Numbered from the stretch's first letter, positions 12,701 through 28,283 are shown. The stretch is 64,000 bases of DNA from Octopus vulgaris (GCA_951406725.2 OX597814.1:149544001-149608000), one strand, 5' to 3'. Notes: generated by a model from the sequence alone, not told the origin. Translations and numbers: made by a program.

Positions 12701-15004
12701 ATATCCAATCAGATTTCTCAAACCTTGGCGCACAATTTGAGACTCTGCGAAATATAAAACTGAAATTAACTAAAATTGACCAACTACGCATTTGATTTTG
12801 GTCACTTCGGTTTACCTCGCCAACATGTGTACTAAATTATCCTTTCCCTAAAAGTGGCGAAAATACCCTGGATATTAGCTTCAAAATAATGAAGAAATCA
12901 TCCCCAATGTGAAGGTGAGACATACAATTTTCTATGATAACGTATTAGAATTTACATTATATGGTTGAATAAGAACCTGCAGATCAATATCTCAAAGAAA
13001 CACTCCAGCTCTGCCAATACTGAATTTCCATATATAACTCATTAGAATTCAATTAAGGAAGAGATACTTATGTTGAACTGACCCAACGTTATATCCATGC
13101 AAATATAGTTATATAGAACTGAAGCAATGTATATCGATAATTCAAACTAGATGCATTAAATATGTCCCTCAGAGAAAAGCCACAGTTCAAAAATACTTTC
13201 CAGAAATGGAAAAAAAGTTCATGAGATGAAATGCAAAATTCTCGAATTGATTAAATGAAGAAACCATTTACTGGAATAAAACCAAAAATGTGAATGGTAC
13301 TCATAGAAATTCAGAATGAAATAAAATCTTCCCCTGAAATTAAGTGAACAGCAAAAGAAACCAAGAACGAAGAAAGCATAAAGTATAGCTCAAAACTGAG
13401 AAACGTGTTTGAAAAAGAAAGACTTCCAGTACATAACCAATTAATGTCCGCTATTTGAAGAAATTCCTCAGTGACTGCAGTCTCACAAAAGGTAATTGAA
13501 ATACTAGAAGAATAGTTAGAAGGCGTATTTACAACCTTAGAGGTACACTTGCAAATAGTTGAAACGGAACGCGTCTTTAACAATGCAAATTTTTACAGCA
13601 TTTTGCGTAATGAAGTGATGATAGATGTAGCATTCAGCATTGTAAAAATAGCCTTAAATGAGAAAGAGACCTTCATTTTTCCTGAAAATTTTTTTTAAAA
13701 CTAGAGCCAAACTACCTTACACACATTTTCTAATGTACCTTGTCAAAAAGAAAATACAGAGCAAATACTAAAATGCGCATATTTATCACTCTGATCAGAT
13801 GTTCGCAAGACCGTGAAACGACTTATAAGGAAACAGAATTCTCAGAGAGAATCTTAAAGGATAATGGATGATCATTGAAGTTAGCCTCATCTCTTTGTTT
13901 TGTTTGTTTGTTTGTTTTGGGGGTTGTTTTCGTTTTAGATAATACGCTACAGGAGACACAATTACCGTTTCGTTAGAAAATAGGGAGGTTAGTTAAATGA
14001 TTGTTGAGGGATTCCTTACAGAAACATCAATAATTCATTGTTAAATGCTACAGAAGTTTGTCAGCTATTGTTAGAAGGCTAACAACAATACCTGTCGTTA
14101 GCCTTCTTATCGATAAGGATAGTCTCTCTCACTAGATATCCTGGGATTGGCAATAACAGAATTGGAAAGTGTTGTCTTCATAGCAAAGCTGACAAAAGAG
14201 CTTTTACCTGTATACGTGTGAAATGATGAACACTTTCAAACATCTATCTATCACAATCTTATCTGGATACGTCGAATTAGAGTCGATTGCAATCCTAGCA
14301 TGAAAATATGTACAAGAGATTGGGAATGATAATGGGAAATGATGTATTAATGCATGAACATATTTCTAAATGGGAATAACACGCATACGACAGCCAATAG
14401 ATGATTCTATAACCGTTAAGAGCAAACATACGATAAACCTGTTGGTTCTGTGGAATGCACTTTGTTGCCTCATAATGAAAGGGTCAGCACTGAGATATAA
14501 TACAACAATTGTGCAGTAAAATGAATGCTTTTGTACATTGGTTAAATACTGGTTGATGTAAGAAGCTTAAAACTCCCTTTCTAGAAGCAACAATGAAAAT
14601 ATCATTAGTATTTACTGCTTGTTCTTCAAAAGAATGGCACCAAATTTTGAAGTTGAAAGCTATACAGTCACTAATTCCTGTCTGGGTGTTAAAGGTTTGG
14701 TTTCTCCAGCAGCTGTTGTCTTCTTTATGGCAATCGTCCCTCAAATTTAAATGTAAAGTAGACGTCAACACTTTCAACTAGCACTTGACCATTCCACTGC
14801 GTGAGATTCAATGTAAATTACCATCACAGAAAGTAAGTCGGTAGGAAGATACGAACTTCCGGCATCTGTCAATACCAAACAGAAGAATGAGGCTGCAGTT
14901 TCATTGCAAGTGGTCCTTCAGTATGGTTACGTTCCTGGGAAAACAATAAAAGATACCATGTATGTGTGCGTTTGTGTGTGTGTGTTTACGAATGCGTATG
15001 CGCG

Positions 15005-15073
<69 letters not shown>

Positions 15074-17109
15074 GTGTGTGTGTTTTGTATGTATATCAGT
15101 AAAAGCGATGGAACATCGAAATGCTGCAATATTTATTCTTGTCCATTCTGACTTAAATTCTGGACTGCTGAAAGCCTTGTCTTTCATTTACTGGTAGAGG
15201 AGTCGATAAAATAAGTTCAAGTAATTATACTACGGTTGATTCAATAGTCTATACTCCTCGCAGCCAAAAGTGTGATCATAGGAATCAACGTGTCTTTGAT
15301 TCAGTAGCTACGATACGACAAATATTTTTATGAAAAATTTCTCATAACCTATAATTGATATTTATGACTGACATTTTTTTTCTTTTTTTTTTGCCAACAG
15401 CCCCCCACAGAAAGTTTATTGCTCAAATATTAATAGTGTAACATCAATAGTTTATTACATTTTTTTCTTTTGATTTCCTTTCATTTTATTAATGCATATA
15501 GCAGTAGAAAAATCTGATTTGTATCACGATATGAGAGTTTTTCCTCTGGTCAAACTACGCAATTAACACTTGACATCTACTTGTTTTCAAAATATTTATA
15601 AAGAAATACATGCACTTATACATACATGTGTGCATGCATATGTGTATGTTTGTGTGTGTATGTATGTGTGTGTGCGTGCGTACGTATGGTCGTGTGTAGG
15701 TATGTGTTTAAGAAAATATGCAATTTAACATCTGCCCTGAGTTCAATTGTCTGATAAAAAAATATTTTTTGCTAAATTCTGTCCTGAGAGTTTTATTAAA
15801 TCTGCTTAACAACAACACAAACATTTTAATAGACTAATTAATAGAACCAATTTTCTAGCCAATGTTAATTAAAAGTAAATTGCGCAGAACACTATCAACA
15901 TTTGTTCAAGTGTTTTCATGGCTTTTAAATTTCTGTAGAATTTTAGTTTTCTTCATCAATAATGTGTTGATGCTGTTGTTGACGTTGTTGTTGTTCTTGT
16001 CAGAACAAGTGTTGGCTTTATGTTTTCGTCTAGATTACATTGTAGACAAAAGAAACAGAGTAAAAAAAAATCTTTGTTCAGGTCCTGTTTTCAAAACAAT
16101 AAACGAAGAGTTTTTTCATCGATTAACTTTTGTTTCAACTAATTAAACAAGCCGTCTAGTTTAATGCAAATAACCGAGTGTATTCTATTGGGAATGGTTA
16201 ATGTTGTTAGAATTGTTTCCTTTGTTGCTGTTATTCCTGTTAGTATTACTATTACTGGGATTTCATTCCCAATTTTTTTATTTAACATTTTGTCATTTCA
16301 TTGTTATATTTTGCTAGTTTTTTGATACAGTTACTGTTTAATTGAACTTAATAATATAAAGAGCTGCACATGTGTCCCTCTTCCAGTTATTTTCTATATA
16401 ATACGCACACAACTATATCGGATATTTATTTATTTATTATTAGTGTTGTTGTTGTTATTGTGTATTTGGTTTCACGGGCATTGTTTTAAAGATAGGCTAA
16501 TTAAATATATTTTTATTCGATATAAAAACAATGAAAAATATTAAAATACGAGGCACTTTTCTCTGGGAAATGTTACGTCACTGAACTAAATAAACAAATT
16601 CAGAATTGAAGTCACACTTGTGTGTGTGTGTGTGCACGCGAGTAGGTGTTAGCTGATTTCAATCTGCCATGGTCTCTAAACTAAATACTTGTCGACGCAA
16701 TCTATAAAAATATTTGCTCAACACACTAAAAGAAACTCTGCCAAATATCCCTGAAATCACATCGCATCTCAGGTAGGTTGTAGCTTGAGCAGAATTTGGC
16801 TCCTTTTTCTAGTAGGTCGTTCGACTACGTAAAGACTCACTGTTTACTTTGTGAAACCACGTTGCTTGTTGTTTAATCAAGGTTCAATCATGATCGCCTG
16901 GACCTGTCTTGTAAAGACGTACCAACTGCCAACGCCCCATAATTTTAATGTATACCAGTGACTGCATTCTTCAAGGTATCCGTGTATCCTTCTATGTTTA
17001 AGAACGTTAGACCTGATCAAAGAAAGTTTGGTGCTCATTATGTAGTTGGAGCCACCATTAAGACACTTCCTGGCATACTCTTGATAACAGAGATACTCAC
17101 ACGCACATA

Positions 17110-17353
17110 CTCTTTTTACTCGTTTACTTGTTTCAGTCATTTGACTGTGGCCATGCTGGAGCACCGCCTTTAGTCGAGCAAATCGACCCCAGGACTTATT
17201 CTTTGTAAGCCTAGGACTTATTTTATCGGCCTCTTTTGTTAGATGGTGCGAGGATTTCAATCTGCCATGGTTACGGGGACGTAAACACACCAGGATCGGT
17301 TGTCAAGCGATGTTGGGGAGACAAACACAGACACACACACACAAACACACACT

Positions 17354-17403
<50 letters not shown>

Positions 17404-17601
17404 TACGACGGGCTATATACATAGCATATACATATATACATTGGAAGGGCTTCTTTCTGTTTCCGTCTACCAAATTCACTCACAAGGCTTTGGTCGGCCC
17501 GAGGCTATAGTAGAAGACACTTGCCCAAGGTGCCACGCAGTGGGACTGAACCCGGAACCATGTGGTAAGTAAGCTACTTACCACACAGCCACTCCTACGC
17601 C
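17110..17601 (-). mobile_element. SINE family 1, full length with expanded internal microsatellite
   Basis: Reverse complement of 2661-3016, including head GGCGTAGGAGTGGCTGTGTGGTAAGTAGC. Confidence 0.9.
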
Positions 17602-18140
17602 TATAGAATTTACAATTCCGAAATGATGTGATTTCTTTTTTTTTTTTTTGGTAGGGGGGAAGATCTGTATTTTACTAACAGAGAAGGGAGAGAAAAGGAG
17701 AGAGAATGTGTATATATATAGATATACGTGTGTGTGTATGTGTGTGTGTGTATGTGTGTGTGTGTGTGTGAATGACATAAATAGGGAGTAAAATGGCAAT
17801 GTTGACCGAAGGCATTAAGAGAGATGCTATGAAAAAAACAAGAAGTAGACACTGCTCAATACAACATCAATATGTGATGCAAGTGAGTAGAAAGCACATC
17901 AATAGATCAATAGAAATTTTTCTTTTGATTTTTCACTAGTAACTAAACAACGAATCACAGAGAACCTCTCCATAGTTGCATGACCTGCTAGAAATAGTAG
18001 GTATATCTTTCTCAAAGCACGCTAACATTTTTATCTGAAGAAAGTGAAGGACAAAATGAATAATGCGATCCTGAAGACGCTTGCATTCGAGAAAGTATAG
18101 AGTGATCACCTCTGGATCACCTTTCATCATATATCCCCTA

Positions 18141-18412
18141 TGGACTTGGTAGACGGAAACTTAAAGAAGCCCGTCGAATATAGATATGTATATATCTATG
18201 TGTGTATCTTTGTGCGTGTCTTTGTCCCCCGAATCCCTACTTGACATCCAATGTTTATGTCCCCGTGATCTAGCGGTTCAGCAAAGAGACTGATACAGTA
18301 AGTACTAGGCTTAAAAAATAAGTCCTTGTGTCGATTTGTTCGATTGAAACCCCTCAAAGTAGTGCTCCAGTATTGCCGCAGTTAAATGACTGAAACAAGT
18401 AAAATAATAAAA
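18141..18412 (+). mobile_element. SINE family 1, 5'-truncated
   Basis: GACTTGGTAGACGGAAAC..GAAGCCCGTCG ... AAATGACTGAAACAAGTAAAA. Confidence 0.8.
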
Positions 18413-20502
18413 TAACGTCATGGTTGACCTACCTTTACACAACAACAACAAATTAAATATTGGTAATGCTTTCACTGATGATTAAAGAAGAATCTACTAC
18501 CTGGTTGCAATCAAAGCCCCTTCTCGACTCTCGTGCAAAATATGTTGGTATATATTCTAGTCCTTCCTAGTTCGATGCTTTAACACCTGCTAGCATTGTC
18601 GTGGCACCGCTGTGAAACAGTGTACCCTAGCCATTTAAACCCGAGGGAACTCATCTCATTTCAGGTTCGAACACAGTTGACTTTTTCTAGGAGAAGGAGA
18701 CAAAGTGAGCTAAAGAGAAAAAACGGTGAAAAAGAGTCAGACTCACAAACTGATAGACAAAGAAAAATTAATCCTCGTACTGGACTGTTTGTTATTTATC
18801 CACTCTGAAATGATGACAGTGAAGTTAACCTCAGTGGGAGCTGAACACAAAGGACATGGAACAAATATCCAACTCTAACATCCTTGTCAGTTATCCACTT
18901 ATTAATATTACACATCAGCCAAGTTTGAAGGAGTATACTATTCTGGAGGCTTACTAACAAATGCTAGTAATCTAAGGCTTGCGATGAAACTGTAAAATGC
19001 ATTAAAAGTTGTTTTCTTTTTAAAGCAATGTGTAATCAGTAAAACTTTACATTCACTCCACGTTTTACTCAAATGGTTTTCATTACAGGAAGAAGGACAG
19101 TGATCCATATTTAATTTGAATGGATACTGTCTCAGGAATCTATAGTGAAGATAGTTTCGTTAAAACAAGCGATTGATCAGGTCTATTTCCTAATTAGAGG
19201 AAAAGTCTTTCTAACGCATTTTCGTAGTTTACCCACCGCTAAATATTACTCAAGGTTTTATAAAAAAAAAACACTTAGATTTTAGCTCTATGGAGGAATG
19301 CTCAGTGCAAATTACTACAGATTGGAATCGAACCCAGAAGCATGTAAATTCCGAAAAAACTTTTGAACCACGTGTTTTGGACGAGCCCTTGCCCGGTTAC
19401 AATTTTATTTATGAATGAGATAAATTGAGAAATAGCGGATCGATATGTCAGTCAGTACTCGATATGTATTTAGTACAAGAGAAAAATTCAAGAGAAAAAT
19501 TCATACCCCTGTCATTGAAATTAATTGATACATTTTTTGCAATTTCTTCAATAAATTTGAAAATGACTGGAAATGTTAATTACGACCTAACATGCCAATT
19601 CTAAAATTTGTATTGAAAAAGCTGTGAAAGTATTAAAAGGTCATGATAATCAGTGGTCTCTACGGAGTTCAAATTAAAATTCCTGCGACTTTTGGCCTCA
19701 GAGTTTTAAAAAGCCAACGCCTTTATATTTCCATTAAAATAAAAAAATGAATAGAAGTGTTTTATATTAAATTCAGTTAGTCATACACCCATTGAAACAT
19801 CTTTTATTCTTATTGAATAGATTTAAAATCCCAAATATTTCAAAAGGAATGAACAAATGATGGGGAGGAGGCATCATACTCATGCTTAATCTAATATAAT
19901 ATCATACTCGTGTTAATATAACTAATAGTACAATAAACTACTTTAATAAGATTAACATTATCTTTTCAATATCAATTTTTATTCTGAAATATTTCTATAA
20001 TTGCATTGTTTGTTAATTTACTTAAACAAGCGTACATAGTATATTTTTATTAATTTAATTCTCAACTTCTTACGAATGGGTAAGTATATACCTAACAGTC
20101 TAAGCTCAAACAGATAAGCTTATAAATAATGCACATACACACACACATATAGTTACGCATGTATATATAAATGTATATACATGTACACACACGTACACAC
20201 ACACAAACACAAATATATAAGCCAGTGAATATGTATATATGTGTGTACGAGAGTGTATGGATTTTCACGTATAACTATTGGTATATATTATTCTATTCAT
20301 TTAGTAGGATTTATTCATTAGCTTGAGGCTGACGATTCATCCGACACCACTCGATCACATTTTTGGATGCAACTAATAACATGGTAAGTATTTTTCCCCC
20401 AGCAAATTATCCGCTATCATGAAACAAATTATGTGAACTTGGAGAATCATTACGCTCAAAGAACATATGTGTGCGTGTGACCGCGTATGCATATATATAT
20501 AT

Positions 20503-21078
20503 TGTATAAAGGATCGTGGGTAAGGCCAGAACTGTACGAAGTAAAAGCAAGGCAAATCACAAGAAAACGAATATGTGAATTAATGGAGACTACTTTGCAT
20601 TCAATATTTCGGGGTTATGACAGCATACTCAAGAAATTAACGAATGTTGCAGATGTACATGTGTGTGTGAGTGTGTGTGGAGTGGACATACACGGGAAGT
20701 TGTAGCTATAGCAACAAGGTAGCTTACTCTAACTGTCTTCTGTTGTTGATGTTTGGTTTCCTTTGGTGTATAAGGATGGCCTCGGAGATTCTAAGGTTCT
20801 AAGGTTAGAATCTCCGAGGCCATCTTCATACACCAAAGGAAACCAACCATCAACAACAGAAGAGAGCTAGAGGAAGCTACCTGGTTGCTATAGCAACAAC
20901 TTTCTGTGCATGTCCACTCCACAAACACACGCACATCTGCAACATTCGTTAATTTCTTGAGTATGGGATCATAACCCCGAAATATTGAATGCAAGGTAAG
21001 TCTCCATTAATTGTTTTCTTGTGATTTGCCTTGCTTTTACTCCGCATTATCCTGGCCTTACCCATGATCCATTATACA
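20503..21078. repeat. Long palindromic (fold-back) element, arms ~275-290 bp, 10-nt spacer
   Basis: 20503-20794 is the diverged reverse complement of 20805-21078; centre GATGGCCTCGGAGATTCTAA-GGTTCTAAGG-TTAGAATCTCCGAGGCCATC; termini TGTATAA..TTATACA in TA-rich flanks. Confidence 0.95.
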
Positions 21079-21139
21079 CTATATATATTTTTTTAAATAC
21101 ACATATTTGTGTGTGTATATGCATATGTCTACATACATA

Positions 21140-22800
21140 CAACAAACCCCGCGTTACGGAAATAATGCGGCCCTGAAGTATTTTCGAAATGCGAAATTAA
21201 TTCTCCCATTGATTTCCATATTATAAAGTGATAATGGCGTTCCAATGTATATTGACTTTTGTGAGACAAAAAGAAAAGGAGAAGAAAAATGTAACAATAC
21301 TATTTATGCATGAATATAGCAATTTTTAAACATACACAGTACAATATGTATGCATCAAATCATTTGAAGAGAAATATTTTAGAGAATAGATAACGAATAA
21401 AAATATTATAATCGGGTATATTATTACCAATAAATTGGTTATTGCTGAGTGAACGATGCTGAGTGTTAACTGAAAGTTAGCAGATTGATGAAAGGCCGCT
21501 ATTTTCTATTTTATAGTTCATCATCAACATTTACCTGAGAAGTGAGGAACATCGAAAATTGTTTGGTGGTTATTTGCATCTCTTTACACAGTTTAGTACA
21601 GGAACTGAGTTCATTGTAAATTTCTCTTATACTTTTTACGCTATATCCAGGATTTGAGTACAACACTTGTAAACTTTCTTCTATAAATATCAAATCTTTA
21701 AGAATATTCTTTGCAGTCAATTTAAGTTAAATTGTTGGAAATACCATATTCTCATCTGTATACTCAATTCCCGCTTATTGCAACAGTACTGGCTCTGTGT
21801 CAGATATTTCTCAATAGAAAACTAACCATTCAACCACATCATCCTATCTGACTTTCACTAAACCTAGACCATTTTTAAGTGTCAGAATATTTTTTCGAAT
21901 TTGATGTACACTTTCTCCTTTTGGAATCACGGATACAATCTGACCATTTATTTTTCCAGGTACCATATAGTTTTTAGCGTTTCACTTCATGGTATGACTC
22001 AATATTATAACGCTCACCAACCATTATGCTGAACTTCTTCCAGAAGTTACTATTTGTAGGTTTATCATACCTGTCAATGGCTTCCGTAAGTAGATTCAGA
22101 GTTCTTTCAGATAATATGCCTTGAAGTCAACTGTCACACCTTGACTCATTGACGAGCAAAGAAGTATTCTTGAGGCTATATTTTATTCTCACATTATCGG
22201 AAAGCTTCTTTAAGTTCACTGGGTGATTTGGTGTTTTGTCTTAAAGGAGCAAAGCTTTGTACGGAATGTGAAGTCTTGTACTATATTTTACTACAGCGGG
22301 ATAAAAAATGTGCTTCTATGAAAGACTCTTCGAAAAGGTTCCAAGTCACCCATTACTTCTTATATCAGAGACAAATTGAAATTTGTGTAACCAGAAGAAA
22401 TATGTTGGCTTTTTGGAGTGATGCACGAGCATCCTGTAACACCGACGGCATCGCCTCTCAGAAGACGTGTTAAACGATTTTTAGAAAGCTTTAAATATGA
22501 TTCTTGATTTTCCTTCTCGCGAAATAAATTATAGCAGGTATGAATCTCTAGAAAATAGCAATATAATCAACTTGGTGTTCTTGCTCATATGTTTAGCTCC
22601 CTCCAGCAATCTCCTCAGGATGCTTCGTAGCATTCTCCGTATCAGCATTGCCAGTAGTTCCAATCTTTTCTATGTGTACACTCAAGTACTTCTTAAACCT
22701 CTCAAACTAGTCTTTAATGAGAGAAAATGTTTTCCATTGGTAATTTCAACCTCATTTTCCTGAAAATCGTCTGATAAACATCTGATTAAATTCTAATTTG
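21140..22800 (-). mobile_element. Decayed Tigger/pogo DNA transposon
   Basis: TA then TIR-like CAACAAACCCCGCGTTACG at 21140; minus-strand remnants FERFKK..IGTTGNADTENATKHPEEI..KLSKNRLTRLLRGDAVG..KK*WVT..FEE resemble Tigger WFERFK / GEAASAD / KDRLTLLLGGNAAG / KAWVT. The other end was not located. Confidence 0.75.
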
Positions 22801-23499
22801 ATTAAATTCTTATCAGAAGATTGCAACTGCACTGATTCGTGATCCACACAACTAAATGCCTTATTATGTTATGTATCTATCAAAAAATTAAGTTTCGAGA
22901 TCTATGAAAAATAATATTCGAGCAGTTAATAGAATAAGTTCCTGCCTGGTATTATTTATTTACCTGTATATTTTTTGTGGATTATTGTTGATCGTAAATG
23001 CTGTTGGATCTACCTACATTTCAAAATGTCAAGAAAGAAGCCATAAGTCGGAAAAGAAAGCAATAGATCGTAGAGGAATAGCAAATGGATTAACCTGGGT
23101 ATTAAACTTGATGGTTTTTAACGGCTTGAAATGGAAGAAAAATTAATCTGATTGCCAAATCATTAAAGTTTTTCAGTGTCTACGTAACAACAGAGAGAAC
23201 AAAGTAAGAACAAATTATTCTCGCCCAATTCCTATAAATGCCAGATTGGGAATGAAAAGATGAAAAATGTTGTAGTGTGTTGGTAGGAAATACACTATGA
23301 TTACAATTAGTTGAATGGTTACGAGATTCATTAACACTTAGCCCTTGCAACTCTGTCTTAAACAATATAATCTTCATAATGAACTAGCACACACGAACAC
23401 ACTATTGCGTTCACATACAACATATATAGCTACAGACATCGATATCAACCTGATCCTATAATTGTTGTTGTCAGATGGTTCTTCAAAACTTATTGGGTT

Positions 23500-23500
23500 G

Positions 23501-23532
<32 letters not shown>

Positions 23533-23610
23533 GGTGGTGGTGGTGGTGGTGGTGGTCGTCGTCGTCGTCGTCGTCGTCGTCGTGATGGTGGTGGAGGTCG
23601 TTGTCGTATT
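23500..23610. repeat. Compound trinucleotide (GTA)n(GTG)n(GTC)n
   Basis: Read directly. Confidence 0.9.
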
Positions 23611-23934
23611 GGTTTGACTATTGGTGGTCTAACTTTTCTCGCTAATTGCATTGTTGCTGTTTAATCTCAAGTTGATCCTCATTAATCTAAGATCAAAGAT
23701 ATTTCATTCAAAATGTATAGTAAGCCAGAGGACCATATTATCTCGTATTTATTTTTGTTTAATTTTTAACTGGAATTACTTTTCTAGTTTATAATATTGT
23801 TGCTATTGTTGTGAGTGTTGAAAGAGTTGATAGGTTGGTGAAGGCAATGTTTGTATTGGCTCATATATTGGTAGTGCTTGAACTGATAATGATAAATAGT
23901 GGTGTAGGTGAAAGTTGACTTGTGTGTGTGAAGG

Positions 23935-24379
<445 letters not shown>

Positions 24380-24482
24380 CACCGGCCAAACGTATATCTG
24401 AAACAGCTGTAAGACTGTGATATATAAATTAACGTATGTAACACGTTATGTTTGTCAATTTATATATATATATACATATATA

Positions 24483-24604
<122 letters not shown>

Positions 24605-24882
24605 CACTCATTATAAACATATTTAGCTATCCGGAAACCCAGGAGAGTAAAGTTGAGCATTGTGGGATTTGAACTGAGTACTCAGCCAAAACAAATAGCG
24701 CAACGCTCACTATCCGTCGCTGTAAACCTCTCTGTTAATCAACCACCTTACACATACATACATACATACATACATACATACATACATACATGCATACATA
24801 CATACATACACACGTGCGCACGTACGTATGTACGTTCAGCCATACATACGTGTGAGTGAGTCAGGGAGAGAGGGACAGGCAT

Positions 24883-24933
<51 letters not shown>

Positions 24934-27431
24934 GGAGAGAGAGATGAACTAGCTAGTTAGATCGATTGTTAGATAGATTTACTCTCATAATTTTCACTTA
25001 GCAATTAATTCGACGCACTTCTACCTCTTCTATTTAATCTTCGTTTCTCATTTTACAATTCTGTATTATCTCTTCTAATTCAAATTAGGCGTATACATTC
25101 TGCGCCAGAATTTATCAGTATTCTGTTGCAGAATTCAATGTTATTATCTTCATTATCAACATTATTATTATTCTTATCAGCAACATCGCTACAAAAGCAA
25201 CTTCTATCGTAAACCCTTGTATAAATATCATTAAAATCGTTTCCTTTTGCGATCTTCTTAATATCTCAGTTTCTCATCAAATTAACATTTAGAAACCTAT
25301 TTTCATTACTGCTGTTATCTATCTGTGTGCATGGATCCGCAGTTTCTTAATATGTGTGTGATCGTGCATGTATGTCTATATGTATGTATTTATGTATGCA
25401 ATTTTGTTTGCGTACGAGTAAATGTGTGTGTTTCTTTACTGTTCATATAAATTCTTCCGACAAAGAAACAGTTTGTTTTCGAAGACAGTAAGATAACTTC
25501 GTCGCTGGAAACATGGATTAAAAAAATGATACGTGTTATATGTTGGATTTCAGAAAGTCTTACATATTTTATTACTACTCCACTTACAAAGTATATTTGT
25601 AAACAGTATTAGCTGATCATTTTCTTTGCTTGAAAACTGAAGTTTTGAGAGTATTACTTAAATATTTAATAACATAGCCTACAAAAGCTACATCCATCAC
25701 TTGCAATTGAGACTGGCTGTTAGCATTTACCACACTGTTGCTTATTCGTTTTTGTATTTATACAGTCGCAAGTAGATTAAGACATCTTCAAAATACTCCC
25801 ACCCTTGACACAACGTGTTAGTCAATTCAGCTTGTAAGCTGGGAAAACTCCGGAAGAAAACATGGCAGCTGGTCAAGAAATTGAAAGCACGTCCTTAAAC
25901 TCATGAGCCCAATATCCTAATCACAAAATCTGCACACTGTCACATTAATATAACCATATGAACCAATAATTATTGCTATAAATGAGAATTTATAGCCAGA
26001 GTAGAGAAACTGAAAGTTTTGAAGCACGTATCTTTGATTCTTCTTCTTTACTCCGACTTCCAAAATGTTTATAACCGTAAGGCAGCTGTAGTTTGCATAC
26101 GTACGTACGTTTGCCTGCATGCATATATGTATGCATGTGTCCACATATGCATGTATGTAAGCTTGTGTGTATAAACGTACGTATGTATGGATGCATGCAT
26201 TTATATACGCAACTCTGCATGTATTTTATTTCCACCACTACGAATGTACCCTATGCATGCATGTATCTATGTTTGTATGTATGTATGTATGTATGTATGT
26301 ATGTATGTATGTATGTATGTATGTATGCACCAAGTTGTACATTTGTAGTCATGTTTGTGTGTATATACTTATGTTTGTATGCCACAAGGCAAAACATCTA
26401 AATGTTTTAGGCAAAACATCTAAATGTTTTGCATGTTTTCACAGATTAATTAATGAGTTCTAATTGCCTCATATTCATTAGACATGCTGTTTCTACTTTT
26501 ATGACACCCATCTTCCGAAGGGTAATATCCAGGTAGTCAGCCGCATAAAGAAGTGCACCAATATCTCTACTGGTATCAATCTGAATTTATAGTCCTGCTA
26601 AAGTATCAACTGGTTTCTTATTGATATACCACAATGTTTTCTTTCTCTTTTAACAACATAATAATATTTGCTGAACAACCGATTTCTATTAATGCAGGCA
26701 CTTTCTCTTTCTATCCTATGTTGTTGTGTCTGGACTGTTTGCACTTACATTTTTACAGAAGTGTGACTGAAATATTTCAGCATTTTTCGTATTAAAAGTA
26801 AGTAATTCCCTCACACTACCGTTTCTTATGATATTTTTTATTTTCATGACAATCCATTAAACTATTTGTACTCTACTGTTGTTGCTGTGACATATTGCTT
26901 CATATATATGTATTAGCGAGACATATTTTCAGGAAGCTGGTTAAGATATGGATAAAAGCTTCCACGTTAATTCCACTGAGTCTAAATCATTTATTGAATC
27001 GAAGTCTATGTTATTTTGAATTCATGAATTGCAATAGCATTTCCTTCAAAAAAAGAAGCTGATATATTATATTGGCTGTTGGTCTAAGATACGCTATTCA
27101 GTGAGCTGTGTTACTGTAAAGTTACTCAAAGCAGAGATATGCATGACCTTTTGTTGATAAGCAGTAATGCTCTGATCTGCAACAGAGCTGTGCAACTTTT
27201 CTGGGTGCATATGTGGGTGATTGACTAAGGAATACGCTACGAAGAATTCTTTTCCCGCACTTATTATGTTATTTCCTGTATGCAGACTGCATCTACAGCT
27301 GCACTTCGGTGATTTGTGGATAGTACATATGTACGCCGACAGGATGTTATGTGTCATTCAGTCACTATTTGAATTGATGTAATGATAGTTTGTATGTATT
27401 TACGTTGATATATATGTATATCAACGTAAAT

Positions 27432-27572
<141 letters not shown>

Positions 27573-27804
27573 CAAGTTCGGATGCATGTATGCCAGTATG
27601 TATGTGTACATAGATTAAAAGCATATACACTTGGATGTGTTATATGTATATGTGTGATGTGTATGTGTATAAATATATATATATATATTATATATAGACA
27701 TATATACATCTCCCTCTTTCTCTCGCTCTCTCTCTCCCTATATACGTGCGTGTATGTATATATACATATGTGTACACACAGACGTATATATATACATATA
27801 CATA

Positions 27805-28020
27805 TGTTTGTGTGTCTGTGTTTGCTACTCACCATCGCTTGAAAAACCGAAGTTTGTGTGCTTACGTCCCCGTAACGTAGCGGTTCTGCAAAAGAACCGA
27901 GAGAATAAGTACGAGGCTTACAAAGAATAAGTCCTGGGGTCGATTTGTTCGATTAAAGGCGTTGCTCCAGCATGGCCGCAGTCAAATGACTGAAAACATA
28001 AAAGAATAAAAAGAAAAGAA
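27805..28020 (+). mobile_element. SINE family 1, 3' half
   Basis: TACGTCCCCGTAAC.TAGCGGTTC..GAATAAGTCCTGGGGTCGATTTG..GCTCCAGCATGGCCGCAGTCAAATGACTGAAA. Confidence 0.85.
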
Positions 28021-28283
28021 TACATTTATGCTGGGCGGGGAGGGTTTTTGTTTTTGTTTTTTTTTTTCATATAATTTTCTGTGAACAGAACCGATAGAAA
28101 ATTAACCCCAACATGCTGCATTCCCCAGAGTATTTACAACGGTTTTGTTTTTTTGTTTTTTTTGTTGGACTGAGAGGCTGGTTTATTAGTGACCCCCTCC
28201 ATAATGTCCATTCTCCTTTTTATTATATTTTACCAGGAGGTAGTGAGGTTATATGGCCTTGCTTCGGTTCAGAGTAAATACGA

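Noticed and set aside
15365-15450. Strong + strand splice acceptor (CTGAC-polyT-CAACAG)
   Set aside because: Followed by stops within a few codons and no donor; such motifs arise by chance in AT-rich DNA.
26387-26430. 22-bp tandem duplication with an internal palindrome (AAAACAT..ATGTTTT)
   Set aside because: Consistent with ordinary slippage; only two units.
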